DNA from: a virus
Lineage: Duplodnaviria > Caudoviricetes
IMG/VR virus record: IMGVR_UViG_3300028797_002668
Location: 1 to 64,000 of that record
DNA: 64,000 bases
Reading direction: 5' to 3' (one strand)
The notes beneath the pieces are model-generated. The model was not told the DNA's origin and searched no databases. It saw only the letters and a list, made by a program, of their open reading frames with translations. Made by a program: the position numbers and the translations under genes. How positions within the stretch are numbered: the stretch's first letter is position 1; each line of letters starts with the position of its first letter. This document shows, in pieces, positions 46,371 to 55,962 of the stretch.

Positions 46371-48311
46371 CTAGTCTTCGTCACGGTCAATGTAGCTGTT
46401 GCCGGACATCTTGTTACGCTTGTTCACGCGGTCGATAGCTGCACGGAGCTTTTCAGGCGTGCATACCGGCGCGTCTTCGGCCTCGGCCTTTTTGGACTCT
46501 GCCTCTACCTCGGCTTCAACGTCGGCAAGTTCCACCGGAGCATCTTCCGGTTCTTCCGTACCGCTGTAAATCACGATATCGGTAAAGATGTTCGTAATGT
46601 CGGCGGCGGTGATACCAGACTCGATAGCGTACTTGATAACTTCGTCATACTTCGGGTCGGTAAAGTCGGTCGGATGTTCCTTGTTTACGCGCTCATCGTT
46701 GTACTTGAAGAGGTAACGCATCGTGTTGATGCTCGGCAAGCCAATCTCGAACATTTCGTCGATACGGCCACTGCGGCGCATAATTCTCTGGTTCACCTTC
46801 TTCGGGTCGTTAATCGTCGCGAAGAAGATGTAGGATACTTGGTCGTTCTTGGCAGCTTGGTTAAGCTTGTCGAAGAAGCTCAAGTATGCAATCACGTTGT
46901 CGTTCTTGTCAGTGAGCTGGTAGGAGTCCATATCATCTAGAATGATGATGCACTTCTTGATGGCCTTGACATAACGGAGCATCGCATCAGTCTGGTCGCT
47001 GTCAACGATAACATCGGCGGTAATCTTGAATGTGCAAACTTCCGGATAAGCGTTGGAAATCTGCTGTGCGCCAATAGTCTTACCAGTACCCGGCTGGCCG
47101 ACAAGAGCGTAGCTTCGAGACAGACCCCTGTCGAAGGCAATCTTAATAGCCTTAATAATCTTCGGAATGGTATCGCTCACTGATTCGGGCGGAATGGCCA
47201 CCGGGCGAAGCATTTCCTTGAGGTCACCGTCTTCGTCGAACGAATAGAGATACGTCGTCGGATCGATACTCATTGCAAACATCATCTCGACATAGAGTTC
47301 GACGTTGCGCTTGAGCATATTGGTGTCGGCCTTCGTAGAAACCTTGTTGCGGTTCTTCGGAATCCAGAACATCTTGAGCTGGTTAGACGGAACATAGACA
47401 AGACCAGTGCCGTCTTCGCTTTCTGTAGAACGGACAATCTGGATAGCGTAGAAGATGTTGTCATCGAACTGGAACTTGAACACCGCGTTAAATACGCTGC
47501 TCTTGACCTTTTCGCCTTCGCCGTCGATATGCTTGTACTGTTCGCAATTTTCGTCGAACACGTACTGCAGCTGAACGTCGCGCTCGTCATCATCGGAATC
47601 CTTCGAGCAATGCGGCATAACGCGCTTGCACTCAATGATATTCGTGCTCAACGGTGTGATTGTGTGTTCAATCTGGTCGAGCGCGGAGAACCACTTCATC
47701 GGTTCCTTGCTGTTCATAATCTTCACGAACGCGAGGTTAGAGGACGGCGTGATCGTGATGGTGGTGTTAAGGTCGTTATCGTGCTTCTTGCTGATTTCGC
47801 GGAACTCTTCTAGCGTCACGTCGACGTAAGACGGCTCCGCCGTAGAAACCATCACATAGAGCTGGTCGACAACGTTCCACTTAAAGTTGATTCGATTGCA
47901 AACCGTGTCACCTATAGCATAAAGTGCCATGCAGTTCTGCATGAACCCAGCTAACTTGGACACCGACTTTGCACCACTGTGCTTTGCGATAAGATTCGTC
48001 ATCGAGCATGTAAGAAGAGCAACTTTTGTAATGTTAGTATTCTTGTATGCCTTAAAGACTTCCTTCAACGCATCTAACTTGTTCTTGCCAATGACACTGC
48101 TCGGAATATCAATCTGCGGCAAAGCATCAATCATCTGCTCAATGGTTTTTGTCAACTCCTTGAACGTATCAATTGAATCGCGGTCGTCGGATTTACCGCC
48201 AATCATATTGTTAATCCAGTCAGGAGCACTGATACCGAAGTTATTAACGAATTTTTCTACGGGGTTTAACATTTGACTTGTTTCCTTTCTTTCTTTCAAT
48301 AAACGCTCCAC
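46371..48311 (-). CDS. AAA+ ATPase
   Basis: GQPGTGKT, IIILDDMD, TINDP...RRSGRID. Confidence 0.85.
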   Translation of the reverse strand: MERLLKERKETSQMLNPVEKFVNNFGISAPDWINNMIGGKSDDRDSIDTFKELTKTIEQMIDALPQIDIPSSVIGKNKLDALKEVFKAYKNTNITKVALLTCSMTNLIAKHSGAKSVSKLAGFMQNCMALYAIGDTVCNRINFKWNVVDQLYVMVSTAEPSYVDVTLEEFREISKKHDNDLNTTITITPSSNLAFVKIMNSKEPMKWFSALDQIEHTITPLSTNIIECKRVMPHCSKDSDDDERDVQLQYVFDENCEQYKHIDGEGEKVKSSVFNAVFKFQFDDNIFYAIQIVRSTESEDGTGLVYVPSNQLKMFWIPKNRNKVSTKADTNMLKRNVELYVEMMFAMSIDPTTYLYSFDEDGDLKEMLRPVAIPPESVSDTIPKIIKAIKIAFDRGLSRSYALVGQPGTGKTIGAQQISNAYPEVCTFKITADVIVDSDQTDAMLRYVKAIKKCIIILDDMDSYQLTDKNDNVIAYLSFFDKLNQAAKNDQVSYIFFATINDPKKVNQRIMRRSGRIDEMFEIGLPSINTMRYLFKYNDERVNKEHPTDFTDPKYDEVIKYAIESGITAADITNIFTDIVIYSGTEEPEDAPVELADVEAEVEAESKKAEAEDAPVCTPEKLRAAIDRVNKRNKMSGNSYIDRDED

Positions 48312-48523
48312 TAAGGGTGCGAAATCTTGATGTCATTCGCCGCTGCCACCTGATTCTTGAAACGGGCTGATTTCCAATACCGGTCCATCCGTTTAGAAAC
48401 CGCGAACTCCGCATCCTTCCTCACGAAGTGAAAGCGCATTCCGCGAACCAACGTTTTTGGGATCCAATGCACTATTCGCCAAATAACGTGGGCGCAGCAA
48501 GCGATGTACAAAACAGACTTCAC
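48311..48523 (-). CDS. small hypothetical protein
   Basis: Coupled ORF with hydrophobic N-terminus. Confidence 0.5.
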   Translation of the reverse strand: MKSVLYIACCAHVIWRIVHWIPKTLVRGMRFHFVRKDAEFAVSKRMDRYWKSARFKNQVAAANDIKISHP

Positions 48524-48533
48524 AAGTTTCCTA

Positions 48534-48761
48534 CTAACGAGACCTTGAGGTCAGACGACCGATTGACCCGTCTTCTTGGTACTTGTCATTATTGGTCTTG
48601 GCCGTGCCGAAAGTCTTCTTCATCGTATTTACGAGTTTAACTAGCATGTGGACAATAATTCCAGCATACATGATGTACTGAGCCTTGTCAAGTACCTTGA
48701 AAAGCCAATCATACTTCGTCGGCTTCTGCTCTTCTACAATTTTAATTAAGAATTTCAACAT
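48534..48761 (-). CDS. small membrane protein
   Basis: GGAG SD; one hydrophobic segment. Confidence 0.55.
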   Translation of the reverse strand: MLKFLIKIVEEQKPTKYDWLFKVLDKAQYIMYAGIIVHMLVKLVNTMKKTFGTAKTNNDKYQEDGSIGRLTSRSR

Positions 48762-48852
48762 AAAAATCTCCGCCTGAGTTAGACGGAGAAAATAATAGCT
48801 GTGATAAATTTGAAACTCAAGCCGATTTGGCTTGAGTTATGTAAAAAGATAT

Positions 48853-49488
48853 TTACTTACGTTCGACAAATTCGGAACACCAGACAGAGTTTCCGGTGCG
48901 GGGATTTTCGTCGACATCCCAGAACTCGCCATCCGGTCCGTATTCGGGGTTCAAGCCGTGAGCGTTGATACCGTCGGCGGCCATTTCTTCCTCGAAGTCC
49001 TTGAGTTCTTTCAAGCCACTTTCGTCAAGGCCGCTGGTATCGCCGTTAACCAAAGCCGAAAGCAAGTGTTCCGGAACATAGGCACAGCGAATTTCGCCGC
49101 GAGAAGTATCGGTCTTCTTGATTGCCACGTTCTGAACCGGCACGTAACCATTGGACACTTCGATATAGTCTTCAGGATGTTCAGGAGTTTCCGTCTCCGC
49201 ATAACCTTCGATACCGTGTTCGGCCAGCTTGGTGATCACCGTGTCAATGGCATCGGATGCGTCATAAGCTTGGACGGTAATTTCAAGCGGATGGGGGTCG
49301 ATACCGCCGTGGCTCAAGGTCACGTCGAAGTTCGGCCTATCGGAAAGGTTAATGTACTTGTGGTCTACACCAGTAGATTCGCAAAACGCCTCGAACCCCT
49401 TCTGGAGAAACGGAAGAGCATCCTTGCATTCGAGCTTGTCGCACACGCCTTCCATAAAGGCCGCATACATTTCTTGTTTTTTGTCCAT
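48853..49488 (-). CDS. acidic hypothetical protein with shared N-terminal leader (putative internal head protein)
   Basis: FMEGVCDKLECKDALPFLQKGFEAFCES. Confidence 0.65.
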   Translation of the reverse strand: MDKKQEMYAAFMEGVCDKLECKDALPFLQKGFEAFCESTGVDHKYINLSDRPNFDVTLSHGGIDPHPLEITVQAYDASDAIDTVITKLAEHGIEGYAETETPEHPEDYIEVSNGYVPVQNVAIKKTDTSRGEIRCAYVPEHLLSALVNGDTSGLDESGLKELKDFEEEMAADGINAHGLNPEYGPDGEFWDVDENPRTGNSVWCSEFVERK

Positions 49489-49502
49489 AAGAGGTTCCTC
49501 TT

Positions 49503-50252
49503 TTAGCTAAGGTCGGTCATCATAAACGGTTGTGCGGACTGAGCCTTCAGTTCTTCCATAAGGCGTTTCCACTCTTCCAAACCGTCAGTGTAAATCTGTT
49601 GTCCGTTCACCTTGCCGCCACCCGGAAGAGGCATATCGTCCTTCTTCAAGATACGTCCAAGCTGGATTTCCGCACGGGCGAGAGCCATATCTTGGAACAG
49701 CGGGTTGGCAAACACTTCGTACTTCTTCGCCTTGACATAGACCGTAGCGATTGCCACACGGTCAGACTTCGGCGTCGGGTAGACACGAAGGATGTGCTGT
49801 TGCGGATGGAGCTTGATGTTGTACTGAGTACCCACCAGCTTCTTCACGTCTTGCAAGTAGCGCAAGGCACCGGAATAAGTAATCAAGTCGAACTGTCCAA
49901 GTCCGCCCAAACCGGCACCGCCGACACCCATTAGGGATTCGCCCGGACCCACGTCCCAAGCCATCATCGGCGAAAAAGTGTTACCATAGGACGGCGATAC
50001 GTCGACCACTTCCATAATCTCGTCCGGTACTCGGTACTGGATAACCCCAGCCTTCAATCTGAGCACCATAGCGTCCATATAGGAAGCTTCGTCTTGGTTG
50101 ATACGGTAGAACCAGTTCAAGGTATCGTTCACGGCCATATGGAGGTGACCGAGGCCATTGCGTTCCTCAACCACCATTTCGATTTCGGTGCAAGGATAAC
50201 CAAGCATCGCCTTGATTTTTTCAACCATATCATCGGTCGTGATAATCTGCAT
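49503..50252 (-). CDS. neck protein (T4 gp13-like)
   Basis: IKAMLGYPCTEIE...LGRILKK..MPLPGGGKVNGQQIY. Confidence 0.8.
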   Translation of the reverse strand: MQIITTDDMVEKIKAMLGYPCTEIEMVVEERNGLGHLHMAVNDTLNWFYRINQDEASYMDAMVLRLKAGVIQYRVPDEIMEVVDVSPSYGNTFSPMMAWDVGPGESLMGVGGAGLGGLGQFDLITYSGALRYLQDVKKLVGTQYNIKLHPQQHILRVYPTPKSDRVAIATVYVKAKKYEVFANPLFQDMALARAEIQLGRILKKDDMPLPGGGKVNGQQIYTDGLEEWKRLMEELKAQSAQPFMMTDLS

Positions 50253-50263
50253 CGGCTACCTCA

Positions 50264-50761
50264 TTAAGCAGTAAACTGCTGGTACTTGTAAATGATGGTG
50301 GTCATAGCCTCGTCGAAATCGGCGAAGATATTCTTGACACCTTCGGGGAACTTGTCGTTCTTCTTCACGGCGTCGTTCATATGCTTGTCGATGTACTTGA
50401 GGAGTTCAAGGACGGCCTTGTCGTCCAGATCGGTCGACTTGGAGGCAGCCGGAAATTCCTTGTCGCACGGCTTGTTGGTCAGTGCCATATAGGTCTCTGC
50501 GAGCTTATCGCCAGCATCGCGACAAAGGTCATAAGCCTCGTTTAATAAGGTATGCTTAACCATCTTGTCCACGTTCCAGTGAATCTGGTTCAATGCGTTA
50601 CCTTCCACAAGGAGCCAAACGGCCATTTCCTTCAAAGTTTCGTAATTGTTACCTATACCGTCATCGGCTTCGAGTCGAGGAGCATAGACTGCCAATACGG
50701 CACCACTGTTATTAGGGCAGATACGCTGTACGGCTTCCACAAAAATCTTGTAATACGCCAT
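50264..50761 (-). CDS. Dps/ferritin-like protein
   Basis: HWNV...HTLLNEAY...DKLAE; late promoter at 50789-50796. Confidence 0.7.
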   Translation of the reverse strand: MAYYKIFVEAVQRICPNNSGAVLAVYAPRLEADDGIGNNYETLKEMAVWLLVEGNALNQIHWNVDKMVKHTLLNEAYDLCRDAGDKLAETYMALTNKPCDKEFPAASKSTDLDDKAVLELLKYIDKHMNDAVKKNDKFPEGVKNIFADFDEAMTTIIYKYQQFTA

Positions 50762-50854
50762 TTTTAAGCACCAGATTGGTTTATATGCAGTTTATACGTT
50801 GCAAGAACAGAATCGATATGCTATATTTCCGAAAAACTACCATACGAGGTAATT

Positions 50855-51181
50855 ATGGAACATGTAGAAAGCAATGCTGAAATGTCCGCCGAACAGAAGG
50901 CAAAGAAGAGCCAAGTCCAAGCCTTTATCAAGGAAATCGAAAAGCACGAAAACGACCCAGAATACCGTCATTTGATGGAAAATCTCCGTCGAGCAAAAGA
51001 AGAGTTCAAGGAATTTATGAAGATGCCGAAAGAAGACCGTTCCAAGATCATGTTCGGCATTCAAGTACAGCTTATCCGCCGCGAAATCGATATGTATCCG
51101 GAATCTCCGTACAACTGGCAACGCCGTGTCAAAGAGGAACGCCGTCAAGCACCGGCTGAAGCCATCAAAAAACTCGACTAA
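50855..51181 (+). CDS. hypothetical protein
   Basis: Promoter TTGCAA-17-TATATT (50799-50827) and GAGG SD. Confidence 0.7.
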   Translation: MEHVESNAEMSAEQKAKKSQVQAFIKEIEKHENDPEYRHLMENLRRAKEEFKEFMKMPKEDRSKIMFGIQVQLIRREIDMYPESPYNWQRRVKEERRQAPAEAIKKLD

Positions 51182-51576
51182 TCGGTTGCTACCTTGACCA
51201 TGTAACAGACATTCGATTTAGGATGGGGTTCGTTTACAAAGACGAATCCCATTTTTTCATAGAACCCGAACGCATCACGCTTTGCTACAAGCTTGATAGC
51301 ACGGTGTTCCGACATAACCATCTTCATAATCTTGCGTCCAATGCCCATTTTCTGGTAATGTTTGGCAACTTCTAGGCACCAGACCTTGGTGAATGCCGGA
51401 TAATATCCTTCTTGAATAACCGCAATACCAACGACCTTGCCGTTTTCTTTAGCCACATAAGCCGGAAACCCGAAAAAGTCGTTCTTTTTCATCATTGCGG
51501 TAAGCAAAGTGAGGTCTTCGTGTCCAGTAATCTCAGAAACCAACCTCGGCATATCGATTTTTTCTAGTGCTTCCAT
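51178..51576 (-). CDS. GNAT-family acetyltransferase
   Basis: LEVAKHYQKMGIGRKIM...AFGFYEKMGF. Confidence 0.85.
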   Translation of the reverse strand: MEALEKIDMPRLVSEITGHEDLTLLTAMMKKNDFFGFPAYVAKENGKVVGIAVIQEGYYPAFTKVWCLEVAKHYQKMGIGRKIMKMVMSEHRAIKLVAKRDAFGFYEKMGFVFVNEPHPKSNVCYMVKVATD

Positions 51577-52154
51577 CCGAAATGACTCGGAAATGCGTCG
51601 ACAACTCCATGCAACGGTGTGCTGATGCTGTACGGTTTCCATGATTTGAAGTTGAACTCACGCGACGGGTCTACACCCGGTGCCACTGCGAACAGTATGT
51701 AAGGTTGAGAATCCACAGACATGAACATTCCTGATACACCAATCGCAATTGCGTCATCAACAACGCCTAGCGACACTACTTCAAGCTCGACAGTCGTACC
51801 CAAGTTTTCTGCAAGGTAATCAACGATTTCCGTATTCTTGTATACATCGCCACGGTAAATCAAAACCATACTTGAATATACGGTCCACCCGTTTGGGACA
51901 CCATCAAGTAGCATGTCAATAACCAACTTTTTTGATTTGTCGTCCAAGAAAATCGCAAAATATTGCGGAATTTCGCCATTTCCTATGTCCATCAAGTGAG
52001 TACGGTAATATTCTCGACGGAATGCCTTGGCATGATCTTTTGTCCACTGCAACATGCGCGGCTCACCGAGGTCTCGTCCGGCTTTTTCAGACTCGATATA
52101 CTTGTCGCGAAGCATTTCTTCCTTTTGCTCCGCCATCATAGCCTTCATATCCAT
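51564..52154 (-). CDS. hypothetical protein; C-terminal region resembles a 2H phosphoesterase lacking HxT motifs
   Basis: PNGWTVY..., LGTTVELEVVSLG, PYILFAVAPG pattern. Confidence 0.5.
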   Translation of the reverse strand: MDMKAMMAEQKEEMLRDKYIESEKAGRDLGEPRMLQWTKDHAKAFRREYYRTHLMDIGNGEIPQYFAIFLDDKSKKLVIDMLLDGVPNGWTVYSSMVLIYRGDVYKNTEIVDYLAENLGTTVELEVVSLGVVDDAIAIGVSGMFMSVDSQPYILFAVAPGVDPSREFNFKSWKPYSISTPLHGVVDAFPSHFGWKH

Positions 52155-52245
52155 TACTCAACCCCCTTGCATCCAAATATAGTTTATCGAAGAAAAAACG
52201 TCCACCGATGACTCGGCGGACGATAATATCTCAAATTAAATGCAA

Positions 52246-52656
52246 TTAGGCATTTTCAGCCGATTCTGCAGCCTTTTTCTTACGATACGCCTTCTTGGCA
52301 ATCATGAAGGAATCGCCAGCTTCCTCTCCAACAGAAATGCCATTGACCATGTCAGGCACAGTGTCGTTCTTCACAAAAGCTTGGTAAGCTTCTTCATGAA
52401 CCGTTTCCGGAAGCGGTTCCTCTGTCTTTTCTACGGAGGGTTGCGAGAACATTGTACCTAGATCAATATTTTCAAGATTCTTCAAGAAATCTTGATACTC
52501 GGCGCGGTACTTTGCAATCATTTCTTCGTTAACGCCGTTGAGGTCACCGGCACGGTTCTGTTCGGCAATCTTAGTTGCCATGTGTTGCCGGACCATTGCG
52601 TCCGTCTCTGGCGAGCTTTGCATCGTCTTGATGCTGGTAACTTTAAAGTTAATCAT
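52246..52656 (-). CDS. hypothetical late protein
   Basis: TATAAACT at 52697-52704. Confidence 0.65.
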   Translation of the reverse strand: MINFKVTSIKTMQSSPETDAMVRQHMATKIAEQNRAGDLNGVNEEMIAKYRAEYQDFLKNLENIDLGTMFSQPSVEKTEEPLPETVHEEAYQAFVKNDTVPDMVNGISVGEEAGDSFMIAKKAYRKKKAAESAENA

Positions 52657-52699
52657 TATTATTTCCGTTGTTATGGGTTTTATCCCGGTTACACCAAGT

Positions 52700-52915
52700 T
52701 TATATTCGCTTCCCCATTTTTATACTGACAAGAACCGGCGTATCAGCACCTCCGGTCAATTCTTTCTCGTATGTGATATCCTCAAGATAGGCTTCGAGCC
52801 GACTTTTGTACTTTACATTTCGATTATCTCCCACCGGAAGCGTCGGCATAGGCTGTTTGGCAGCTTCGATAGTTTCGCGACGTTTCTTTTCAAGTAAAAA
52901 ATCGATATCAAGCAT
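52700..52915 (-). CDS. small hypothetical protein
   Basis: Coupled to the stop of the gp15-like gene. Confidence 0.55.
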   Translation of the reverse strand: MLDIDFLLEKKRRETIEAAKQPMPTLPVGDNRNVKYKSRLEAYLEDITYEKELTGGADTPVLVSIKMGKRI

Positions 52916-54399
52916 TATGACACCTCATTTGTATGTAATGCAATCATTGTCTCGGAAAAGTTAGTCTTTACACCAAACGCACCATTCGTTCCATTGTTAT
53001 ATAGAACAAAATAAAATGAGTATATCGACGTGTTATCACAATTTATATACTCGCTCTCGAAACGCTTATACATTGATGTCGTATGGTAGGTAAAGTAGAG
53101 CTTACCATCGCTCATTCCCCAGTCGAACCAGACCGACCCTTTCGGAATCACAGTACCGTCAGAAAGCTCCACGTCGGTTGGATTATAAAGATACTGGAAA
53201 ACAGTGTCGCACTGTTGCTTAAACTGCAATGTAGCCTTGAAAGTGTATGATTCTTCTATTTTTCCATCCTTATTATCACCAAACCAGTTGAGAATATTCG
53301 ACCAGTCAGTTGCGGAATCATACCCACCAGGAGCATAGCTGCCATTTCCCGGTGGCATATCAGGAACAAATTCACGATTAGCGTCATTCACCGCTACAAA
53401 GTCACGACCCATACCACTATAGTCGACCTCATGTCCCGTATCTTCGTCAAATTTGAAATGAAGCAGATCGAACTCTGGCACTTCCACTGGACGAGCTACA
53501 TCCCCAACGATAACATCTTCCCAGCTGGAATCATTCGCGTTATACATCGTCAAGTCTAGTTCCTTCATGGTCATGTCTTTCCAATATTCTTCACCATGTT
53601 CGTCTACTCGACGAACCAATGTACGAGTGAACGTCTTCAATAGAGACCAACCATCACGGATAGACGGTTCAACCGTTTCCCACAAGTGCTTCTTTTGCTG
53701 CGCAATTTCGTCCGGATATACAAAGACTTGCAACGAATCTTGATACTCGTTGTTAACAATGAAATTCATCTGGGCATACTTGATAATAGCCGGTAGTTCA
53801 TACGGACGATGATATACAGCATAAGCTTCGACATTGTATGTTGTCTTGTATAATTGATACTCATTGCTCGTATCACCTTTTTCGTCGTCAATATTGTCAG
53901 TCCATGAAATCTTGAACGGTATAGGTCTTTCAATTTTAGGAGCGAAATCCCATTCCTTGATTCGCACCGTACGGTAAGTATTGAAATACGGTTCGATCTG
54001 TTCCTTCAAGAAAAAGAAGTCTGCCATATTATCAGAAAGAACCGTAAGCTCAAAATTTATTACCATCGGAGTAGGCTGGATATCCCGAACGAACTTCTCG
54101 ATGTCTTCAGACAATATCTCACGTGCGTATGTAGGCTGAACCATGTGAGTCTCATCATGCCGGTTCGAAATATATCGGAAACCAGCACAAGGCACCTTCA
54201 GAGGCTCTTGGCCAGTCGCCGTAGAAGAAACATAGTTGGCGAAGTCGTCGCTATTGTGAGTATACAGAGGAACCGCTACCGTACGGTTCTCCACAGTGCG
54301 GTTCTGGTCATTATAGCGTTTCACTCTCAAATTGTTGAAAACGTCCATAATGGCAATCATTACTTTCTCAATTTCGCGAACGTAGTATACCGGAGTCAT
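52915..54399 (-). CDS. tail sheath stabiliser/terminator (T4 gp15-like) with C-terminal extension
   Basis: YYVREIEKVMIAIMDVFNNLRVKR...VPL...PTPMVINFEL...EQIEPYFN. Confidence 0.75.
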   Translation of the reverse strand: MTPVYYVREIEKVMIAIMDVFNNLRVKRYNDQNRTVENRTVAVPLYTHNSDDFANYVSSTATGQEPLKVPCAGFRYISNRHDETHMVQPTYAREILSEDIEKFVRDIQPTPMVINFELTVLSDNMADFFFLKEQIEPYFNTYRTVRIKEWDFAPKIERPIPFKISWTDNIDDEKGDTSNEYQLYKTTYNVEAYAVYHRPYELPAIIKYAQMNFIVNNEYQDSLQVFVYPDEIAQQKKHLWETVEPSIRDGWSLLKTFTRTLVRRVDEHGEEYWKDMTMKELDLTMYNANDSSWEDVIVGDVARPVEVPEFDLLHFKFDEDTGHEVDYSGMGRDFVAVNDANREFVPDMPPGNGSYAPGGYDSATDWSNILNWFGDNKDGKIEESYTFKATLQFKQQCDTVFQYLYNPTDVELSDGTVIPKGSVWFDWGMSDGKLYFTYHTTSMYKRFESEYINCDNTSIYSFYFVLYNNGTNGAFGVKTNFSETMIALHTNEVS

Positions 54400-54465
54400 C
54401 TATACACCTCATTCGCAGTTTATCAAAACGAACCATATAAACTGACTGTAAAGAGAGGTTATATT

Positions 54466-54777
54466 ATGACACCAGCAACCGACGAACAGAAGCTTTTCAT
54501 TTTCCGTCTCGGAAAACTAGCAACCGACGAAAACCGCGCCGTCATTGAAGGCGTTACCAAGGCGTTCGGCCTTATCAACAACATCGATACGACCTTGACG
54601 GAAGCAGAAGTTATCAAGTTCGACGCTATCAACTTTCTCGAAGCCCAGCGCGGTGATAGCGATCCCAAGGCGTTCCTCGAATCAGTGTCCGAAACAGTTT
54701 TAGCCAAAACCAAGCCAGCAGACTTCGGACAAGTCCGGAAAGCTCTAAACGAATACAGAAACTTCTTGTACCGATAA
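54466..54777 (+). CDS. hypothetical late protein
   Basis: TATAAACT at 54436-54443, GAGG SD, ATG 54466; terminator follows. Confidence 0.65.
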   Translation: MTPATDEQKLFIFRLGKLATDENRAVIEGVTKAFGLINNIDTTLTEAEVIKFDAINFLEAQRGDSDPKAFLESVSETVLAKTKPADFGQVRKALNEYRNFLYR

Positions 54778-54825
54778 ACAGAAAAGGCCGCCATACGGCG
54801 GCCTTTCTGCATTATACAGAACCTC

Positions 54826-55221
54826 CTATTCGATTGTAATCTTCTTCACTTCGTCTTCTGGCTTTTTGACCTTCGGAACCTTCACGGTAAGCACACCGTC
54901 GGAATACGTAAACTTGGCTTTATCGATGTCAAGCTTTGTAGCAAAGTAAGTTGCATACTTATATTCCTTTCCGTTAATCTTACGAGTAGCCTCGACCTTG
55001 ATATATTTTCCCTTGCGCTCGACGTCCAAAGATTCTTTAGGACATCCCGGAAGGTCAATTAGAACGGTCTCACCTTCAGCATCCGCATAACGGAACAAAC
55101 TGGGCTGATAGCTGTCGTCAGCAATCTTAGGCTTGTTATCCTCAGAAAGAGCACCAGCAATTTCACGCGAAAGTTCCTCAAAGGCACTACCGAAGGAAGG
55201 AAGAATCATTGTATTAAACAT
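54826..55221 (-). CDS. small heat-shock protein Hsp20
   Basis: IDLPGCPKESLDV...AKFTYSDGVLTVKVPK. Confidence 0.88.
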   Translation of the reverse strand: MFNTMILPSFGSAFEELSREIAGALSEDNKPKIADDSYQPSLFRYADAEGETVLIDLPGCPKESLDVERKGKYIKVEATRKINGKEYKYATYFATKLDIDKAKFTYSDGVLTVKVPKVKKPEDEVKKITIE

Positions 55222-55266
55222 TTTTTACCTCTTTGTTTAAAGTATAATTTGTTGTCGCCACACATA

Positions 55267-55282
55267 AGCAAAAAGCGTGCCA
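55267..55282 (-). promoter_or_regulatory. sigma54 (-24/-12) promoter upstream of hsp20
   Basis: TGGCACG-CTTT-TTGCT, an exact consensus match, 45 nt before the ATG. Confidence 0.7.
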
Positions 55283-55352
55283 AAACGGAGAAAGGCTGCG
55301 GTATTACCCGCAGCCTTAACATATAGGAGGAAATTAATGAACAAAGAAATTC

Positions 55353-55829
55353 TTATCTAAGCTTAATCTGGTCTTTATAGTCTTCTTGAGTAATCGGTTC
55401 GTTTCCCCAAGCACTGGCCGTACTGCAGATCGTGTAGCGGTTCTTCAACAGGTTGATAATCTCGTCCTTGTCAAGGACTTCACGCTTTTCGGCCTCCTCA
55501 CGGTCTTCTTCGGCGCCTTTTCCGTTTGGTTTCTTCTGTATAGGGTATTCCATTCGGCGATAATTGAGGTCACCAAGCCCAGGAGTGTTGTTAATCGGGT
55601 CGTCTTCGACGAATTTTTCTTGTTCGGCGGCCAGACGGTCTTCCGTATGCCAGTAGTTCTGTTCGTAAGCACGCTTTACAAACTTCTCGGCCTTGCCGCT
55701 CTTGATGTCCCCAACGTCAGGCATCAAGCTCTGGGCTTGCACGAAGATGTCGTGACGCCAGTCAGGATGGGTATCGAAATTGTCGCCAACCATTCCAAGT
55801 ACATTGCCACTATTAATTTTCTGAGCCAT
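55353..55829 (-). CDS. hypothetical late protein
   Basis: TATAAACT at 55857-55864, GAGG SD. Confidence 0.7.
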   Translation of the reverse strand: MAQKINSGNVLGMVGDNFDTHPDWRHDIFVQAQSLMPDVGDIKSGKAEKFVKRAYEQNYWHTEDRLAAEQEKFVEDDPINNTPGLGDLNYRRMEYPIQKKPNGKGAEEDREEAEKREVLDKDEIINLLKNRYTICSTASAWGNEPITQEDYKDQIKLR

Positions 55830-55962
55830 ATCAAAGCCTCGGTGTAATCATAACCAAGTTTATATGTTTTTGAAACACTCGATGCTTCAATATTTGACTT
55901 TCATAGTATCAATATGAGTCGCTACGAACTAGATTTTTCTAGTTTCGTAGCGGATTATAAGG

